From positions 3,019-67,018 of the forward strand of contig WYBL01000116.1 of NCBI GenBank assembly GCA_011526565.1: a stretch of DNA of 64,000 nucleotides, written 5' to 3'. A program made the position numbers and the translations under genes. Position 1 is the stretch's first letter; every line of letters begins with the position of its first letter. The notes under the pieces were generated by a model, which was given only the letters and a program-made list of their open reading frames with translations, was not told the DNA's origin and did not search any database. This DNA is from Acidobacteriota bacterium. GTDB lineage: Bacteria > Acidobacteriota > Vicinamibacteria > Fen-336. Of the stretch, positions 47,757-57,690 are shown one piece after another.

Positions 47757-48809
47757 ATGCCGACCGTCAGTTGGCTCACGAAGATCACGGACTTCGTCAA
47801 CCTCGGGAAGATCCTGGTCGACGCGGGTCCCGGCTTCATTCTGGCCCTGGCGCTCTACGTCGGCCTTGGGACGGCCCTCAACCTCCCCCTCATTCCTGTG
47901 CACGGCCATGACGCGGTCGAGAGCCGCCTTGCCGGCGAGCTCGAGAAGCGGAGGCAGGAGGAGGAGGGGCTCGAAGGCCAGGCCCTGCACGCCGAGCAGG
48001 GCCGGGAGGCCGCAGCCGCGGCGGTGAGCGGGGCCGAGGCAGCGCTGACTCGCGCGAAAGCGTCGCCCCTGGGGGGAAAGGCCGAGAGGCGGCTCGTGGT
48101 CGAGCTCCAACGGCTGCAGGGAGACCTGAGGGAGAAGCAACGTAGCGCGAAGGCCGCCGAGCGGAAGCTGCGACAGGGCAGCGAAGCCGTCGCTGAAGCC
48201 AAGGCGGCCCTCGCCGACGCGAAGAAGGCACAGGTGACGAGCGTCGCCGATCTGCTCTCGAGGGTGCTCGAGCACCTGGTCGCACTCGGCCTCGTGGGCT
48301 ACGTTCTCGGCACCCTGCTCAGCCCCGTCAATCGTTGGGTCTTTCTCGACACGATGGGGTCCGATCCCGCCAGCAACGGACTCGATGGCCGACCCTCTTC
48401 CTACTTCGTCGGAAAGGGGGTGGTGTCGCAGACCGAACTCGATGGCCTGGTGACTTCCTACTACCGGTTCGCCGAAGCGAGCGCCAACATGATCCTCCCG
48501 ATCCTGGCGCTTGCCCTCGCGGTCGGCATCGAACGCCGGAGTTCGGTGGCTTCGACTCCCTGGACCTCAGGCGCCGCGGCGCTGCTCGTCTTGGCGTTCG
48601 TTGTGTTCCTGGCCGTCACAGGCCGGCGCCGCTACCGCGACTACAAGACCCGCGTCCACTCGTTCATCACGGGGCGGCTCGAGAAGGTCCAGGCGGCGGA
48701 CGACGATCGCCGGCAGGGGCTGGAGAAGGCCAGGACGCTCGAACAGGTCGTCAAGCTCGCCGAGGAGCTGCTCAAGAAGACGGCCAAGCCCGGGAGCCCA
48801 ACCGCGTGA
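47757..48809 (+). CDS. Membrane protein with long coiled-coil and 4 TM segments, function unknown
   Basis: Strong RBS AAGGAGG 8 nt upstream; TM FILALALYVGLGTAL; coiled-coil rich in E/K/R/A; C-terminal TMs. Confidence 0.6.
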   Translation: MPTVSWLTKITDFVNLGKILVDAGPGFILALALYVGLGTALNLPLIPVHGHDAVESRLAGELEKRRQEEEGLEGQALHAEQGREAAAAAVSGAEAALTRAKASPLGGKAERRLVVELQRLQGDLREKQRSAKAAERKLRQGSEAVAEAKAALADAKKAQVTSVADLLSRVLEHLVALGLVGYVLGTLLSPVNRWVFLDTMGSDPASNGLDGRPSSYFVGKGVVSQTELDGLVTSYYRFAEASANMILPILALALAVGIERRSSVASTPWTSGAAALLVLAFVVFLAVTGRRRYRDYKTRVHSFITGRLEKVQAADDDRRQGLEKARTLEQVVKLAEELLKKTAKPGSPTA

Positions 48810-49837
48810 TTCTCCTGTTCACCCTGGCGCAGCGCCTTCGACAGCGGTACGGCGAGGCCCACTGGGACCGCCTGCGGGCCTCGTTGGTCGACCTCGCCGA
48901 CGCCTACACCCTGACTCACGGGGCCGCAGCGCTGTGCCTGCCCGACGAGTTCTGGCCTCCAGGCTCGGACGCCAACGCCGTCGAGCTGATCCGTTCCGAG
49001 CTGGAGGCGCGGGCCCCGATCGAAGCGCTCGTGATCATCGGCGGCGACTCCGTAGTCCCGTTCGGGAGGGCGCCCAATCCCGTCGCCGATCGCGTCGCCG
49101 ATCCTGATTCCCTGGTCCTCAGCGACGCGGTCTACGGATCACCGTGGAGTCTTGCAGGAGCCCGCGTGCCCGTGGCGAGAATCCCCGACAGCGACCCGCC
49201 AGAACTGGGTGAACTGCTGTCGCTCCTCGAGGCGGCCCGGCCGGATTCCCGTGGCTCGTCTCGACGGGGCGCATTCGCGGTCGCGAATCCGGAGTGGGAA
49301 GCAGCGACCTGGAGGGCGCTCAAGGGTCACCGGCCGACCGTGCGAGTCGCTCCCCACTGGCACGGCGGTGATCCGGAGTGGCCATCCAACGACGCCGCCC
49401 TCCTCTACTTCAACCTCCACGGGTTCGCTCGACGACCCGAGTGGTTCGGATTCCACGACCGCAGCGGATGGACTCCCGTGCTGCGGCCCGGGAACATCCA
49501 ACGCGAGGCGGTCGCGGGCGCGATCGTCTTCGTGGAGAACTGCTACGGCGGCAACACCGTCGGCCGGTCACGACGCTCCAGCATCTCGCTGGCCCTGCTC
49601 GCCTGTGGCGCGCGGGCGATCATCGCCACCGCAGGCCTGGCGTTCGGAAGCCACCTGCCTTCCATGGAGCACAACGCCGACGCGCTGGCCAGCGCGACAC
49701 TCTCCGCCCTTTCCACTGGCGCCTCGGTTGGCGCAGCGCTGGACCGGGCGCGGCAAGCTCTGCCGGGCGACGACGCGTTCGCAGCCAAGACCCGATCCCA
49801 ATTCCTGATCTTCGGCGATCCCCTCGCCACCCTCTGA
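48806..49837 (+). CDS. Putative clan-CD (caspase/CHAT/gingipain-like) cysteine-peptidase-fold protein
   Basis: GTG overlaps upstream stop (GTGA); His-Gly (ALLYFNLHGF) followed ~45 aa later by hydrophobic strand + Cys (GAIVFVENCYGG): His/Cys dyad spacing typical of clan CD. Weak call. Confidence 0.5.
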   Translation: MILLFTLAQRLRQRYGEAHWDRLRASLVDLADAYTLTHGAAALCLPDEFWPPGSDANAVELIRSELEARAPIEALVIIGGDSVVPFGRAPNPVADRVADPDSLVLSDAVYGSPWSLAGARVPVARIPDSDPPELGELLSLLEAARPDSRGSSRRGAFAVANPEWEAATWRALKGHRPTVRVAPHWHGGDPEWPSNDAALLYFNLHGFARRPEWFGFHDRSGWTPVLRPGNIQREAVAGAIVFVENCYGGNTVGRSRRSSISLALLACGARAIIATAGLAFGSHLPSMEHNADALASATLSALSTGASVGAALDRARQALPGDDAFAAKTRSQFLIFGDPLATL

Positions 49838-49850
49838 TCGGAGACTCGCG

Positions 49851-51707
49851 ATGAGACTGGAATACGTGCTCGCCCTGACCCTCGGAGTCGCTCCGGGCGC
49901 CGCAGCCGAGTCCAACGACCGAAAGGCAAGCCAGTACGTCGTCTTCGACGCTCGGTCCGGCGGCAAGGGGCTTCACCGGTGTGTCGGCAGCCCGGGTGCG
50001 GACTGCCGCGCGCCGAAGACCGACTTCTTCGACAGCCAGGACATCGTCCTGTTCCAGCTCGTCGGCGCTCCCTGCAACACCCGATGGACGTTTCAGCTCG
50101 GCGACGTGGCCGTCCCGGAACCCGAGCCGGGGATACGCGGCCTGGGCGACATGCCATCGCTGGCCAAGGCTCTTGCCGGACCGCCACCGGCGCACGGTTC
50201 TGATGCTCCAGCAGCGCAAGCGGCCGACTCGTGGTCCATCGAAGACATCCTCGGTCGGCTCGTCTCCCGGGAAGGGATCCAGGGCCTCCGGCTCGACATC
50301 GAGGGAGAGAAAGCCAGGCTCGAATCTGAGATCAGGAACCTGGCTGCCGCCGTCGCCGCGTACGAGTACGACGTCCGCATCTTCCTCGCCGACGCCGCGG
50401 TCGAGAACGCGGTTGCCGCGGTTCGCGCGGTCGAGGATGCGGCCGGCAAGCCTCCTGCGGCGGGATGCTCCGGCGCGTACCAGTTGCGCGAAGCTGCGGA
50501 GATGGCCGAGGCGGAACTCTCCCGTGTGGAGGCAAACATCACAACCTCAGGCTTGGGGAGCAAGGCCAGCACTCTGCGGGAGCGGCTGCGCGTGCTCGGA
50601 GCCGAGATTGGCCTTCACGCAGCCCGGGTGGACAGGGCACGCGCCGCGGTCGAGATCGCCCGCTCGGGCCTTGGCTGGGAATGCGAAGCCGCGCCGCAGA
50701 CCACGTCGGCCACCGAATGCGACGCTCCTGTCGAGGTGGGCCTGGAACGCTTGAAGCGAGCGGTGGCCGCCTACGGTGCGACCGCTACGGGCGAGGCTCT
50801 GCGCCGGATATACGACCACTACGAGACGGAGAGGCCTCGCGTCCGATACGCCCTTATGCAAGACCTCGCCGAGCTCGGGGTCGCGCTTTCGAGCACGGCC
50901 GTCGATGGCCAGTTGGGCGCGCAGCGGGATAGCGTTCGTCGCTCCTCGGCATCGCTCGAGACGTGGGGGGCTGGGGCCGACGACCGCCTCCGCGACATGC
51001 GGAAGGCGCTCCGACGCCACTTCGCCGATTCCACCTACGCCTCGACCGTCGACGTGCGCCCTCGATTCACGGGGAACACCGTCCTGAGTCTCAAGGTGCG
51101 GCGCCAGGTATTCGATCCGCTCGCGCCGCCGGCCACCGAGCCTCCCGCCGCCGTCGAAGTGGCGAGTGCATCCTACGAGGTGCACAAGCGGTACCTCTTC
51201 AACGTCGGCGGCGGATTCATGATCAGCGGCATCGGGAACAGGGAATACGCCGTCCGGCAGTATCGACGCCTGGATGCCGACGGGCAGCCCGTCTCCGACG
51301 ACGACGGACCAATCTTCGACAAGAAGCTCGTCGAGTCGGGCTCGGATGACCGGTCGCAGGATTTCGCCCTGACCTTCACCGCCTACCTTCCGCGCCGTCT
51401 CGACACTTTCCACGCGTCGGCGGCGCGCCGACCCACGACTGGGTTGATGGTGGGCTTCTCACTCGAGAAGCCCACGGACAACCTGTACGCGGGCCTCGTT
51501 CTTCAGCCGACCCTGGGCATCCAACTGACGGCCGGGGTTCACTTCGGAAAGCGCTCGGCCCCACAGGATGGCATCGTCCCCGAGGTCACCGTGCTCCCGG
51601 CCGACACGACAGCGCCGCCGATACGAGACGAGTGGGCGAGGGCGCTCTTCTTCAGTATCGGGTTCGACGCCAGCGTGTTCTCGCGGTTGTTCGGGTCGTC
51701 CGAGTAG
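49851..51707 (+). CDS. Secreted hypothetical protein with central coiled coil
   Basis: Signal peptide MRLEYVLALTLGVAPGAAAES; 13 bp after previous gene. Confidence 0.6.
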   Translation: MRLEYVLALTLGVAPGAAAESNDRKASQYVVFDARSGGKGLHRCVGSPGADCRAPKTDFFDSQDIVLFQLVGAPCNTRWTFQLGDVAVPEPEPGIRGLGDMPSLAKALAGPPPAHGSDAPAAQAADSWSIEDILGRLVSREGIQGLRLDIEGEKARLESEIRNLAAAVAAYEYDVRIFLADAAVENAVAAVRAVEDAAGKPPAAGCSGAYQLREAAEMAEAELSRVEANITTSGLGSKASTLRERLRVLGAEIGLHAARVDRARAAVEIARSGLGWECEAAPQTTSATECDAPVEVGLERLKRAVAAYGATATGEALRRIYDHYETERPRVRYALMQDLAELGVALSSTAVDGQLGAQRDSVRRSSASLETWGAGADDRLRDMRKALRRHFADSTYASTVDVRPRFTGNTVLSLKVRRQVFDPLAPPATEPPAAVEVASASYEVHKRYLFNVGGGFMISGIGNREYAVRQYRRLDADGQPVSDDDGPIFDKKLVESGSDDRSQDFALTFTAYLPRRLDTFHASAARRPTTGLMVGFSLEKPTDNLYAGLVLQPTLGIQLTAGVHFGKRSAPQDGIVPEVTVLPADTTAPPIRDEWARALFFSIGFDASVFSRLFGSSE

Positions 51708-51808
51708 TCGGGGGGCGAGAATCACCTGGGGTGTCAACGTCGGGCGAGCGCGCACGAGACCTGGGCAAGGAGGGACAGGCGCGGGTTCGGGCTGGGAGCG
51801 GATCCTGG

Positions 51809-52585
51809 TCAGCGAGCGGGTGCGGGAGGCTCTGCGAAGATCGCGGCGACGAGGTCGAGGCGGCCCGCTTTCCACTTGGCAAAGAGCCAGTTGACCTCCG
51901 GGGCGAGGCTGGCCGCGGCGATGCGTTCCTGGAGGGGCCCCAGCGCTGCGCGAAGGCCGAGCGTGGCTTCGCCGGCCAGGATCTGGAGCTGGGGCCTTCC
52001 TCGCTCCTGCTTGACCGCGGCCACCAGGAAGCCGTCGCCGAGTTCTTTCGGGACTTGCACCTTGGCCGCGCGCAGCAAGGGACCCTGCGGTGGTGCGCCT
52101 GGGTCGCCCGGGCACAGGGTCAGCTTCAGGTCGTGGTCGGCGGGGAGTTCGAGTTCCTTGGGGCTGAGGCCGCGCAGGCTCGACTCGGCGCTTGCGACCA
52201 CCGCCACCGCGCCGCTGCCGCTCGGCCGGTACACCACCCGCCAGTGCGGTGCTGTCCCGCTCCCGTCCTCGTGGGTGGAGACCGCGGTGGAGGCTGACTG
52301 ACCCGCGATCCAACCCGGGTTGTATCCGCAGTCGAGCGAGCCCGACCAGGTGCCGACGCCCGGCTCGCGCCAGCAGACGAAGTGGCCCTGGAACTCGCCG
52401 CACGAGCCACTCGTGCACCACAGGTTCCCGTCGCACCAGGCCTCGACCTGGGCGCAGGGCCACGGCGGCAACCAGCGCTGGCACTCGACCACGCAGTGAT
52501 CGGCGGCCGCGGGCGCGGTCGCCGAGACCAACGTCAGCGTGAGGAAGAGGTCCGTGATTCGAAGCCTTCTTCTCATGCTTCTCAT
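51809..52585 (-). CDS. Secreted Cys-rich hypothetical protein
   Basis: MRSMRRRLRITDLFLTLTLVSATAPAAA signal; 9 Cys in first 80 mature residues; start overlaps upstream gene stop. Confidence 0.5.
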   Translation of the reverse strand: MRSMRRRLRITDLFLTLTLVSATAPAAADHCVVECQRWLPPWPCAQVEAWCDGNLWCTSGSCGEFQGHFVCWREPGVGTWSGSLDCGYNPGWIAGQSASTAVSTHEDGSGTAPHWRVVYRPSGSGAVAVVASAESSLRGLSPKELELPADHDLKLTLCPGDPGAPPQGPLLRAAKVQVPKELGDGFLVAAVKQERGRPQLQILAGEATLGLRAALGPLQERIAAASLAPEVNWLFAKWKAGRLDLVAAIFAEPPAPAR

Positions 52586-52977
52586 CCCTGCCGCCCGCGC
52601 GTGACCACCTCGACCGTGCCGCCGGGCCGCAGGATCAGCTCGATCCGCGCCGCATCCGAGACTTGAAGCACCTGAGTCCACCGCTCCGCCCTCCCGTCGT
52701 TCGACCAACTCACCGTCGCCTGCACGACGCCGGCGTGCGCCCGCACCCGGAGCCTCGGCCCCGTGCCCGTCTCGTGCCCGAGCAACTCGGCCCGCACGCA
52801 CGCCGCATCCACCCTCAGCGTGACGCCAGACGCAGCCCCCGGCCCGCCATTCACGACCTCGACGAGCACTCTGTCGCCGAGGAGGCGGGCGCCGAGCCGC
52901 GGCGCGGCGGCGAGCCCCGCCCCGACCACTGCGAGCGAAGCGACGGCCGCCCAGCGCAACGCCAGGTGGCCACTCAT
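52582..52977 (-). CDS. Small secreted hypothetical protein
   Basis: Signal peptide MSGHLALRWAAVASLAVVGAGLAAAP; ATGA overlaps on both sides. Confidence 0.45.
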   Translation of the reverse strand: MSGHLALRWAAVASLAVVGAGLAAAPRLGARLLGDRVLVEVVNGGPGAASGVTLRVDAACVRAELLGHETGTGPRLRVRAHAGVVQATVSWSNDGRAERWTQVLQVSDAARIELILRPGGTVEVVTRGRQG

Positions 52978-54341
52978 GGCTTCTGGTAGCCGTAGAGCTC
53001 GCGTCGAGCGCCGGCAACCGGGGACATCCAGTCGTCGATCGGGAGACCGGGGAGCGGGCGGCCCCAGAGGTCGCCCCACCTCGCGCCTCGGAGGAAGCTG
53101 ATCGTCCAGCGCTGGACGAGATTCATCAGCGGGAGCGCGGCGTGCAGGGTCATGCCCTTGCGGAACGGGAGGTTCTCGCCGACTCCGAGGAACCCGCCGA
53201 AGTCGCGCTCCGCGACGCCGACCACGGAATCCCGGTCCGCCCACTCAGGAACCGCCCCGTGCAACGGCACGGTACCGTCGCCGAGGTTGTCGCGCCAGGC
53301 GTCGACGTCGGCCGGGGCCCCGTCTTCGCCGCGGTACTCCTGCGACTCCACGTCGAACGCGAAGCGGCCGTCGGCCGCCAGCTTCACACGATGCGCCGTG
53401 CGCTCGTCCAGGCCCACGATCAGCAGCCACTGGCCCGGCTCGGCGAGGGCCGCGCTCGGGTCCTCCTCGTTGACGCTCGCGAGGAAGCTGCGCCCGTCTT
53501 CGAGGCGCTCGCGGAGGTACTTCCACGCGGACTTCATGCGCTGCTCGGCGTTGGAGTTCCTGGGGTCGGTGCTGTGCGTCCGGATGAAGTCGGCGACCGA
53601 CTCGACGATGCTCTCCTGCCAGTTCTTCGCGTTGAAGATCGCCTTCCCCGAGTGCCCCGCCAGCGCTCCTTCGAAGTACGGCAACAGGTGGTAGATCGCG
53701 GGCGTCATGCGGGCCGCCAGGCGCTCGCTGTGCTGCGGCGAGCCGACCATCGAGCCTTCGCCCGTGGCCAGCTTGATCACCGCGTCGACCGCTCCCTGGA
53801 AGGGCGTTCCGATCGTCACCACGCGTCGAACCAGCGGCTTGCCGTTCGGGCCCTTGCAACCCTTGGCGAGAGCCGATGCGATCACCAGACCGCCCATCGA
53901 GTGGCCCACGAGGTCGACCGTCGTCGCCTTCTCTTTCGCGTAGCTCTTCAGGAGGTTGGTGCGGTCGATCACCTCGCGCACGAACTCGCAGAGCTGGTCC
54001 GCCACGACGCGGTTGTCGGCGCGCCAGTCGTAGGCGAACGGGAAGACGGGCACGACTGCCGTCGGCCCGCGATCTTCGCGCAGCGCCGATCGCAGCTCGC
54101 GGATGAACTCCGCGTAGCCCATCTCCGCCGCGTGCGAGGGGACGATCTTCGCCGGCTCCACCGCCTCGAAGCGCAGGTCGTCCGGGTGCATCGCGATGCG
54201 GTGGAACTCCTTGATCGGCCGCCAGCGCAGCGCCTCGATCCCGGGGTCCCAGACGACCTCGGGCGTGGTGGGATAGACGTCGCGGAGCACGGACCCCGTG
54301 ATCCCGTGGACGACGATCACCGGTGGCTGCACCTTCATTGC
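52974..54341 (-). CDS. Alpha/beta-hydrolase, lipase/LCAT-PGAP1-like
   Basis: VIVVHGITGS near N-term; nucleophile elbow GHSMGG; no signal peptide seen. Confidence 0.65.
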   Translation of the reverse strand, partial: AMKVQPPVIVVHGITGSVLRDVYPTTPEVVWDPGIEALRWRPIKEFHRIAMHPDDLRFEAVEPAKIVPSHAAEMGYAEFIRELRSALREDRGPTAVVPVFPFAYDWRADNRVVADQLCEFVREVIDRTNLLKSYAKEKATTVDLVGHSMGGLVIASALAKGCKGPNGKPLVRRVVTIGTPFQGAVDAVIKLATGEGSMVGSPQHSERLAARMTPAIYHLLPYFEGALAGHSGKAIFNAKNWQESIVESVADFIRTHSTDPRNSNAEQRMKSAWKYLRERLEDGRSFLASVNEEDPSAALAEPGQWLLIVGLDERTAHRVKLAADGRFAFDVESQEYRGEDGAPADVDAWRDNLGDGTVPLHGAVPEWADRDSVVGVAERDFGGFLGVGENLPFRKGMTLHAALPLMNLVQRWTISFLRGARWGDLWGRPLPGLPIDDWMSPVAGARRELYGYQKP

Positions 54342-54444
54342 CAGGCCCTCCAGACTCGCTCGTTCATAAAGTATACATAAAGCACACACGGAACGCTCGA
54401 TGGATCGGCTTTGAGCCCCGCGCGAAGGCTCGAGCCTCGGCCCT

Positions 54445-56760
54445 TCAGGGGCGGCGCAGGGTCTCCAACGGGGCTTGCCGTGACGCGGCGACTGCCGGTG
54501 CCAGCGAGGCGGCGGCGGCGCACAGAAGGGTGAACGCCGCCGATGCGGTCAGCGTCGTGAGTTCGAACGACGCCCACTGGAAATGAGCCGACTCGGCCCA
54601 CTGGCCCAGCCACACCGAGACGAGGGTTCCGATCCCGATGCCTGCCATGGCCAGCGTCGCCCCCTCGGCCGCCATCAGGATCGTCAACTCGCGGGGCCCT
54701 GCTCCGACGACGGCCCGGACCGCCATCTCGAAGCGGCGCATCGCGGCGAGGGAGTACACGACGGCAGAGACGCCGACGAGCGCCGCCCCAAGGCCGACGA
54801 GGGCGTACGTGCCGAGCAGTCGCACCTGCGCCAGGAGCGGCGCCTGTGCTCGGGCGACGAGATCCCCGGCGAACACCAGGCCATGGACCGAGGGGCTCTT
54901 CGCCGTCCCGCTGACGGCGTGGATCTGCCGAGCGGCCTCGCCGCAATCGTGGCAGCGCACCAGCAACCACTCCTCGTCGGGGTGGCGACCGCGGGCCGGC
55001 CGACTGCGCGGCAGGTAGCACTGGGGCAGGGGTTCCTGGGCAGCATCGATGCCTCGTACCGGTGCGACGACGCCGATGACCTCGCGCAGGGCCAGTTCGC
55101 CCTCGATGCGGATCTGACGACCCACGGCCGCGACAGCCTGCCCTGGCCGCCGCCCCTCGTCGGCGAACGCCAGGATCAGTACGTCCGCGTCTCCCGGCGC
55201 GAAAGCCCGCCCGGCGAGCAGCCGGATCCCGGTCGCGGCCAGGAAGTCGCCCTCCACGTGCCAGACCTGACAGAGGACCCTCCCGGCCTCCCCGTCGATC
55301 CACACGCCCCCTGCTGACGCGACACCTGGAGGCGCAGACGCGGTCGCCGCGGCCGACACTCCGGGAAGTTGCGCGACCTCGGCCATCAGGGCCTGAGGCG
55401 AGGCGCCCAGGCGCCCGAGCAGCAGGTTCTTCGATTCGTAGCCCAGAGGAATCTCGAGTGCTGCTCTCAGGGTCCATGCGGAGACCAGCGCGCCGTTGAG
55501 CAAGACGACCGCGATGACCGTCTGACTGATCACCAGGAGGCGGCGCGTCCACCGCACCTGCCCTGTGGACGCTCCCCCGCCGTCCCGCAGGCCTTCCGAC
55601 GGAGCCGCGCGCAATGCAACGGCCATCGCGCCGGCGGATGCGAGGAGGACGCTCGGGAACGCCAGACCGAGAGCCGCCCCGCTCGCGACGGCGACGAGAC
55701 GCTCGAGCGGCGGCTGGTGGACCCACCAGGCCGCGAATATCTCGCGTCCGCCGACGATCGAGAGGGAGGCGACCAGCGCCCCCACGACGCCCACTCCGAG
55801 GGCGAGGGAGAACGTCTCGCTGCCGAGCTGCAGCAGGAGGTTTCGCCGCGTCGCGCCGAGAGCCTGCCGCACGGCGAACTCGACGCGGCGCACCGACATC
55901 CGACCCAGCAAGAGAGTGCCCAGGCTCGCGACGGCGGTACCCAGGAGCAAGCCCGAGAGCGCCAGGAGCAGCAGCGCGGGCGCTATCACTCTCTCGCGCG
56001 CCACGTCCACCATCGGCCGGACGAACACGCGCTCGCCGAAGCGCACCCCGGTGCTGCGCGTGTAGAGGGCGTGCAGGCCGTGCAGCAAGCCCCCCAGTTG
56101 CGAACGCGCCGACTCGATGCTGGTCTCGGGCCGCAGGCGCCCGACCCAGCCGTCGCGTCGCACCAGGCCGAACGGATCGTCGTTGCCTCGGGCCCGCCCT
56201 CCTGCACGCGTGCGTGGCGTCCAGATCTCGGTGCCTCCCGGGAAGTCGAAGCCCGCCGGGGCGACACCGACGACGCGGTGAAGGGTGCCTTCCAGCAGGA
56301 TCTGCGCCCCGAGCACGGCCGCCCCGGGACCGAAGTGCCGGTCGCGGAAGGCGGCGCCCACAACGGCCACAGGTTCGTTCGATCGATCCTCCTCGACGCT
56401 GAATGCGCGCCCCGGCAAAGGAACGACCCCGAACACGCTGAAGAAGGCGGCGGAGACAGCGGTGGTCCTGACCTCTCTACGGTGGCCGTCCAGTCGGACC
56501 TCGACGAGTCCGGTCTCGTAGGTCGCCAACGCCGCGAGGCTTCGCGCCTGCCCCCAGTACTCGACGGGGTCCCCGACGAGAGGGTGCGCCATGTTCCCGA
56601 GATGCACGATGCGGTCCGCCGCGGGCACCCCGAGCGGGCGCAGGACCAAGGCATCGACGGCGGCCACCATCGCGCTCGCCACGCCGAGGACGACCCCGAG
56701 GGCGATGGCGACGACGGCCGTACCGCGATGGCGAAGGGCGAGCCGGGCATCGAGGCGCAC
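54445..56760 (-). CDS. Duplicated FtsX-domain orphan permease (MacB-like periplasmic domain + 2x FtsX; ADOP-like), no ATPase partner adjacent
   Basis: N-terminal TM, large periplasmic domain, FtsX-type 4-TM blocks twice (LRQALGATRRNLLLQLGSE... and second copy LRAVVGAGPRELTILMAAEG...). Confidence 0.7.
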   Translation of the reverse strand: MRLDARLALRHRGTAVVAIALGVVLGVASAMVAAVDALVLRPLGVPAADRIVHLGNMAHPLVGDPVEYWGQARSLAALATYETGLVEVRLDGHRREVRTTAVSAAFFSVFGVVPLPGRAFSVEEDRSNEPVAVVGAAFRDRHFGPGAAVLGAQILLEGTLHRVVGVAPAGFDFPGGTEIWTPRTRAGGRARGNDDPFGLVRRDGWVGRLRPETSIESARSQLGGLLHGLHALYTRSTGVRFGERVFVRPMVDVARERVIAPALLLLALSGLLLGTAVASLGTLLLGRMSVRRVEFAVRQALGATRRNLLLQLGSETFSLALGVGVVGALVASLSIVGGREIFAAWWVHQPPLERLVAVASGAALGLAFPSVLLASAGAMAVALRAAPSEGLRDGGGASTGQVRWTRRLLVISQTVIAVVLLNGALVSAWTLRAALEIPLGYESKNLLLGRLGASPQALMAEVAQLPGVSAAATASAPPGVASAGGVWIDGEAGRVLCQVWHVEGDFLAATGIRLLAGRAFAPGDADVLILAFADEGRRPGQAVAAVGRQIRIEGELALREVIGVVAPVRGIDAAQEPLPQCYLPRSRPARGRHPDEEWLLVRCHDCGEAARQIHAVSGTAKSPSVHGLVFAGDLVARAQAPLLAQVRLLGTYALVGLGAALVGVSAVVYSLAAMRRFEMAVRAVVGAGPRELTILMAAEGATLAMAGIGIGTLVSVWLGQWAESAHFQWASFELTTLTASAAFTLLCAAAASLAPAVAASRQAPLETLRRP

Positions 56761-56787
56761 GGGAGATGGTAGCGGCCCAGTGCGGCC

Positions 56788-57015
56788 CTATGAACGAGGC
56801 GCCGGCTCCCAACGCCCGGCACGGCAGACGAGGATGCTGCTCTGGCCCCTGATCAGAGCACCCTCGGAATACGTGGCCCCCTCGAACGTGCATCCGGCGG
56901 GCTTGGCGGCAGGCAGCCCTGGCGACTGGTCGGAAGCCCTCCAGAGGGCGAGGGCAGCCAACAGACTGACGATGCCCAGGACCCCGATCGCCAGACGGAC
57001 GTGCGGCTGCTTCAC
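56788..57015 (-). CDS. Small signal-anchored hypothetical protein (75 aa, 2 Cys)
   Basis: Hydrophobic LAIGVLGIVSLLAALALW; preferred over overlapping Arg-rich ORF 56477..57022. Confidence 0.35.
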   Translation of the reverse strand: MKQPHVRLAIGVLGIVSLLAALALWRASDQSPGLPAAKPAGCTFEGATYSEGALIRGQSSILVCRAGRWEPAPRS

Positions 57016-57018
57016 AGT

Positions 57019-57606
57019 TCACCCCTCCTGTTCGACGCCATCCTCACGTTGCAGCCCCGGCAGACGAACTCCGAAATAGGCCTCCACTTCGCCCTGCAGC
57101 GCACCCGAGAGAGCACCGCCCCATATCTTCTCGACTCGTCCATCGGCGCTGACCACGATGAGGGTCGGCGTGGCCGCGAGCCCGAACTCCTGCGCGGTCG
57201 GACGTTCGAGACCGACAACTTCGAACCCCAGCAGTGTTTCCTCTGCTGTCACCTTCTCGCGGGACGCGCTCAAGGAAAGCCCTTTGAACTGATATCGCCC
57301 CGTGCTAGCGGCGGCCAGGACGCGGATGTTCGCGAGATTGCGACGGCACCAGACGCACTCCTCGGACTGCACGTAGAGAACACTCGGCAGGGCGCCTCCC
57401 AGCGTGAGCGGTTGTCCCCGTCCGTGGCGATCGGTTACCGGGATCTCCGGAACTTGCCTGCCGACACTCAGGGCCTTGGGAGGTCGACCCCGGTCATCAG
57501 GTGGTTGCCTGAGCTTGAGGCCGAGACCCACATTCGCGGCAAGGGAGGCGCCCAAGGCGATGAGCAACAGCGCCACGGCCAGATTGCTGTCGAGAAGCCG
57601 ATCCAT
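57019..57606 (-). CDS. TlpA/redoxin-like membrane-anchored thiol-disulfide oxidoreductase
   Basis: N-terminal TM LAVALLLIALGASLAANV; thioredoxin-fold CxxC (SEECVWCRRNL). Confidence 0.6.
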   Translation of the reverse strand: MDRLLDSNLAVALLLIALGASLAANVGLGLKLRQPPDDRGRPPKALSVGRQVPEIPVTDRHGRGQPLTLGGALPSVLYVQSEECVWCRRNLANIRVLAAASTGRYQFKGLSLSASREKVTAEETLLGFEVVGLERPTAQEFGLAATPTLIVVSADGRVEKIWGGALSGALQGEVEAYFGVRLPGLQREDGVEQEG

Positions 57607-57690
57607 GCAGGCTCGCATGGTGGCACCTCCTTTCCGGGGGCTGACGGGTGGCGTACTCCGGCCAGCTGGCGCTGGCCGGAGTACAGGTTG

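Noticed and set aside
56477-57022. 181-aa minus-strand ORF overlapping the small signal-anchored gene
   Set aside because: Arg/Gly/Pro-rich with no hydrophobic core; the alternative frame (56788..57015) gives a far more protein-like signal-anchored product.
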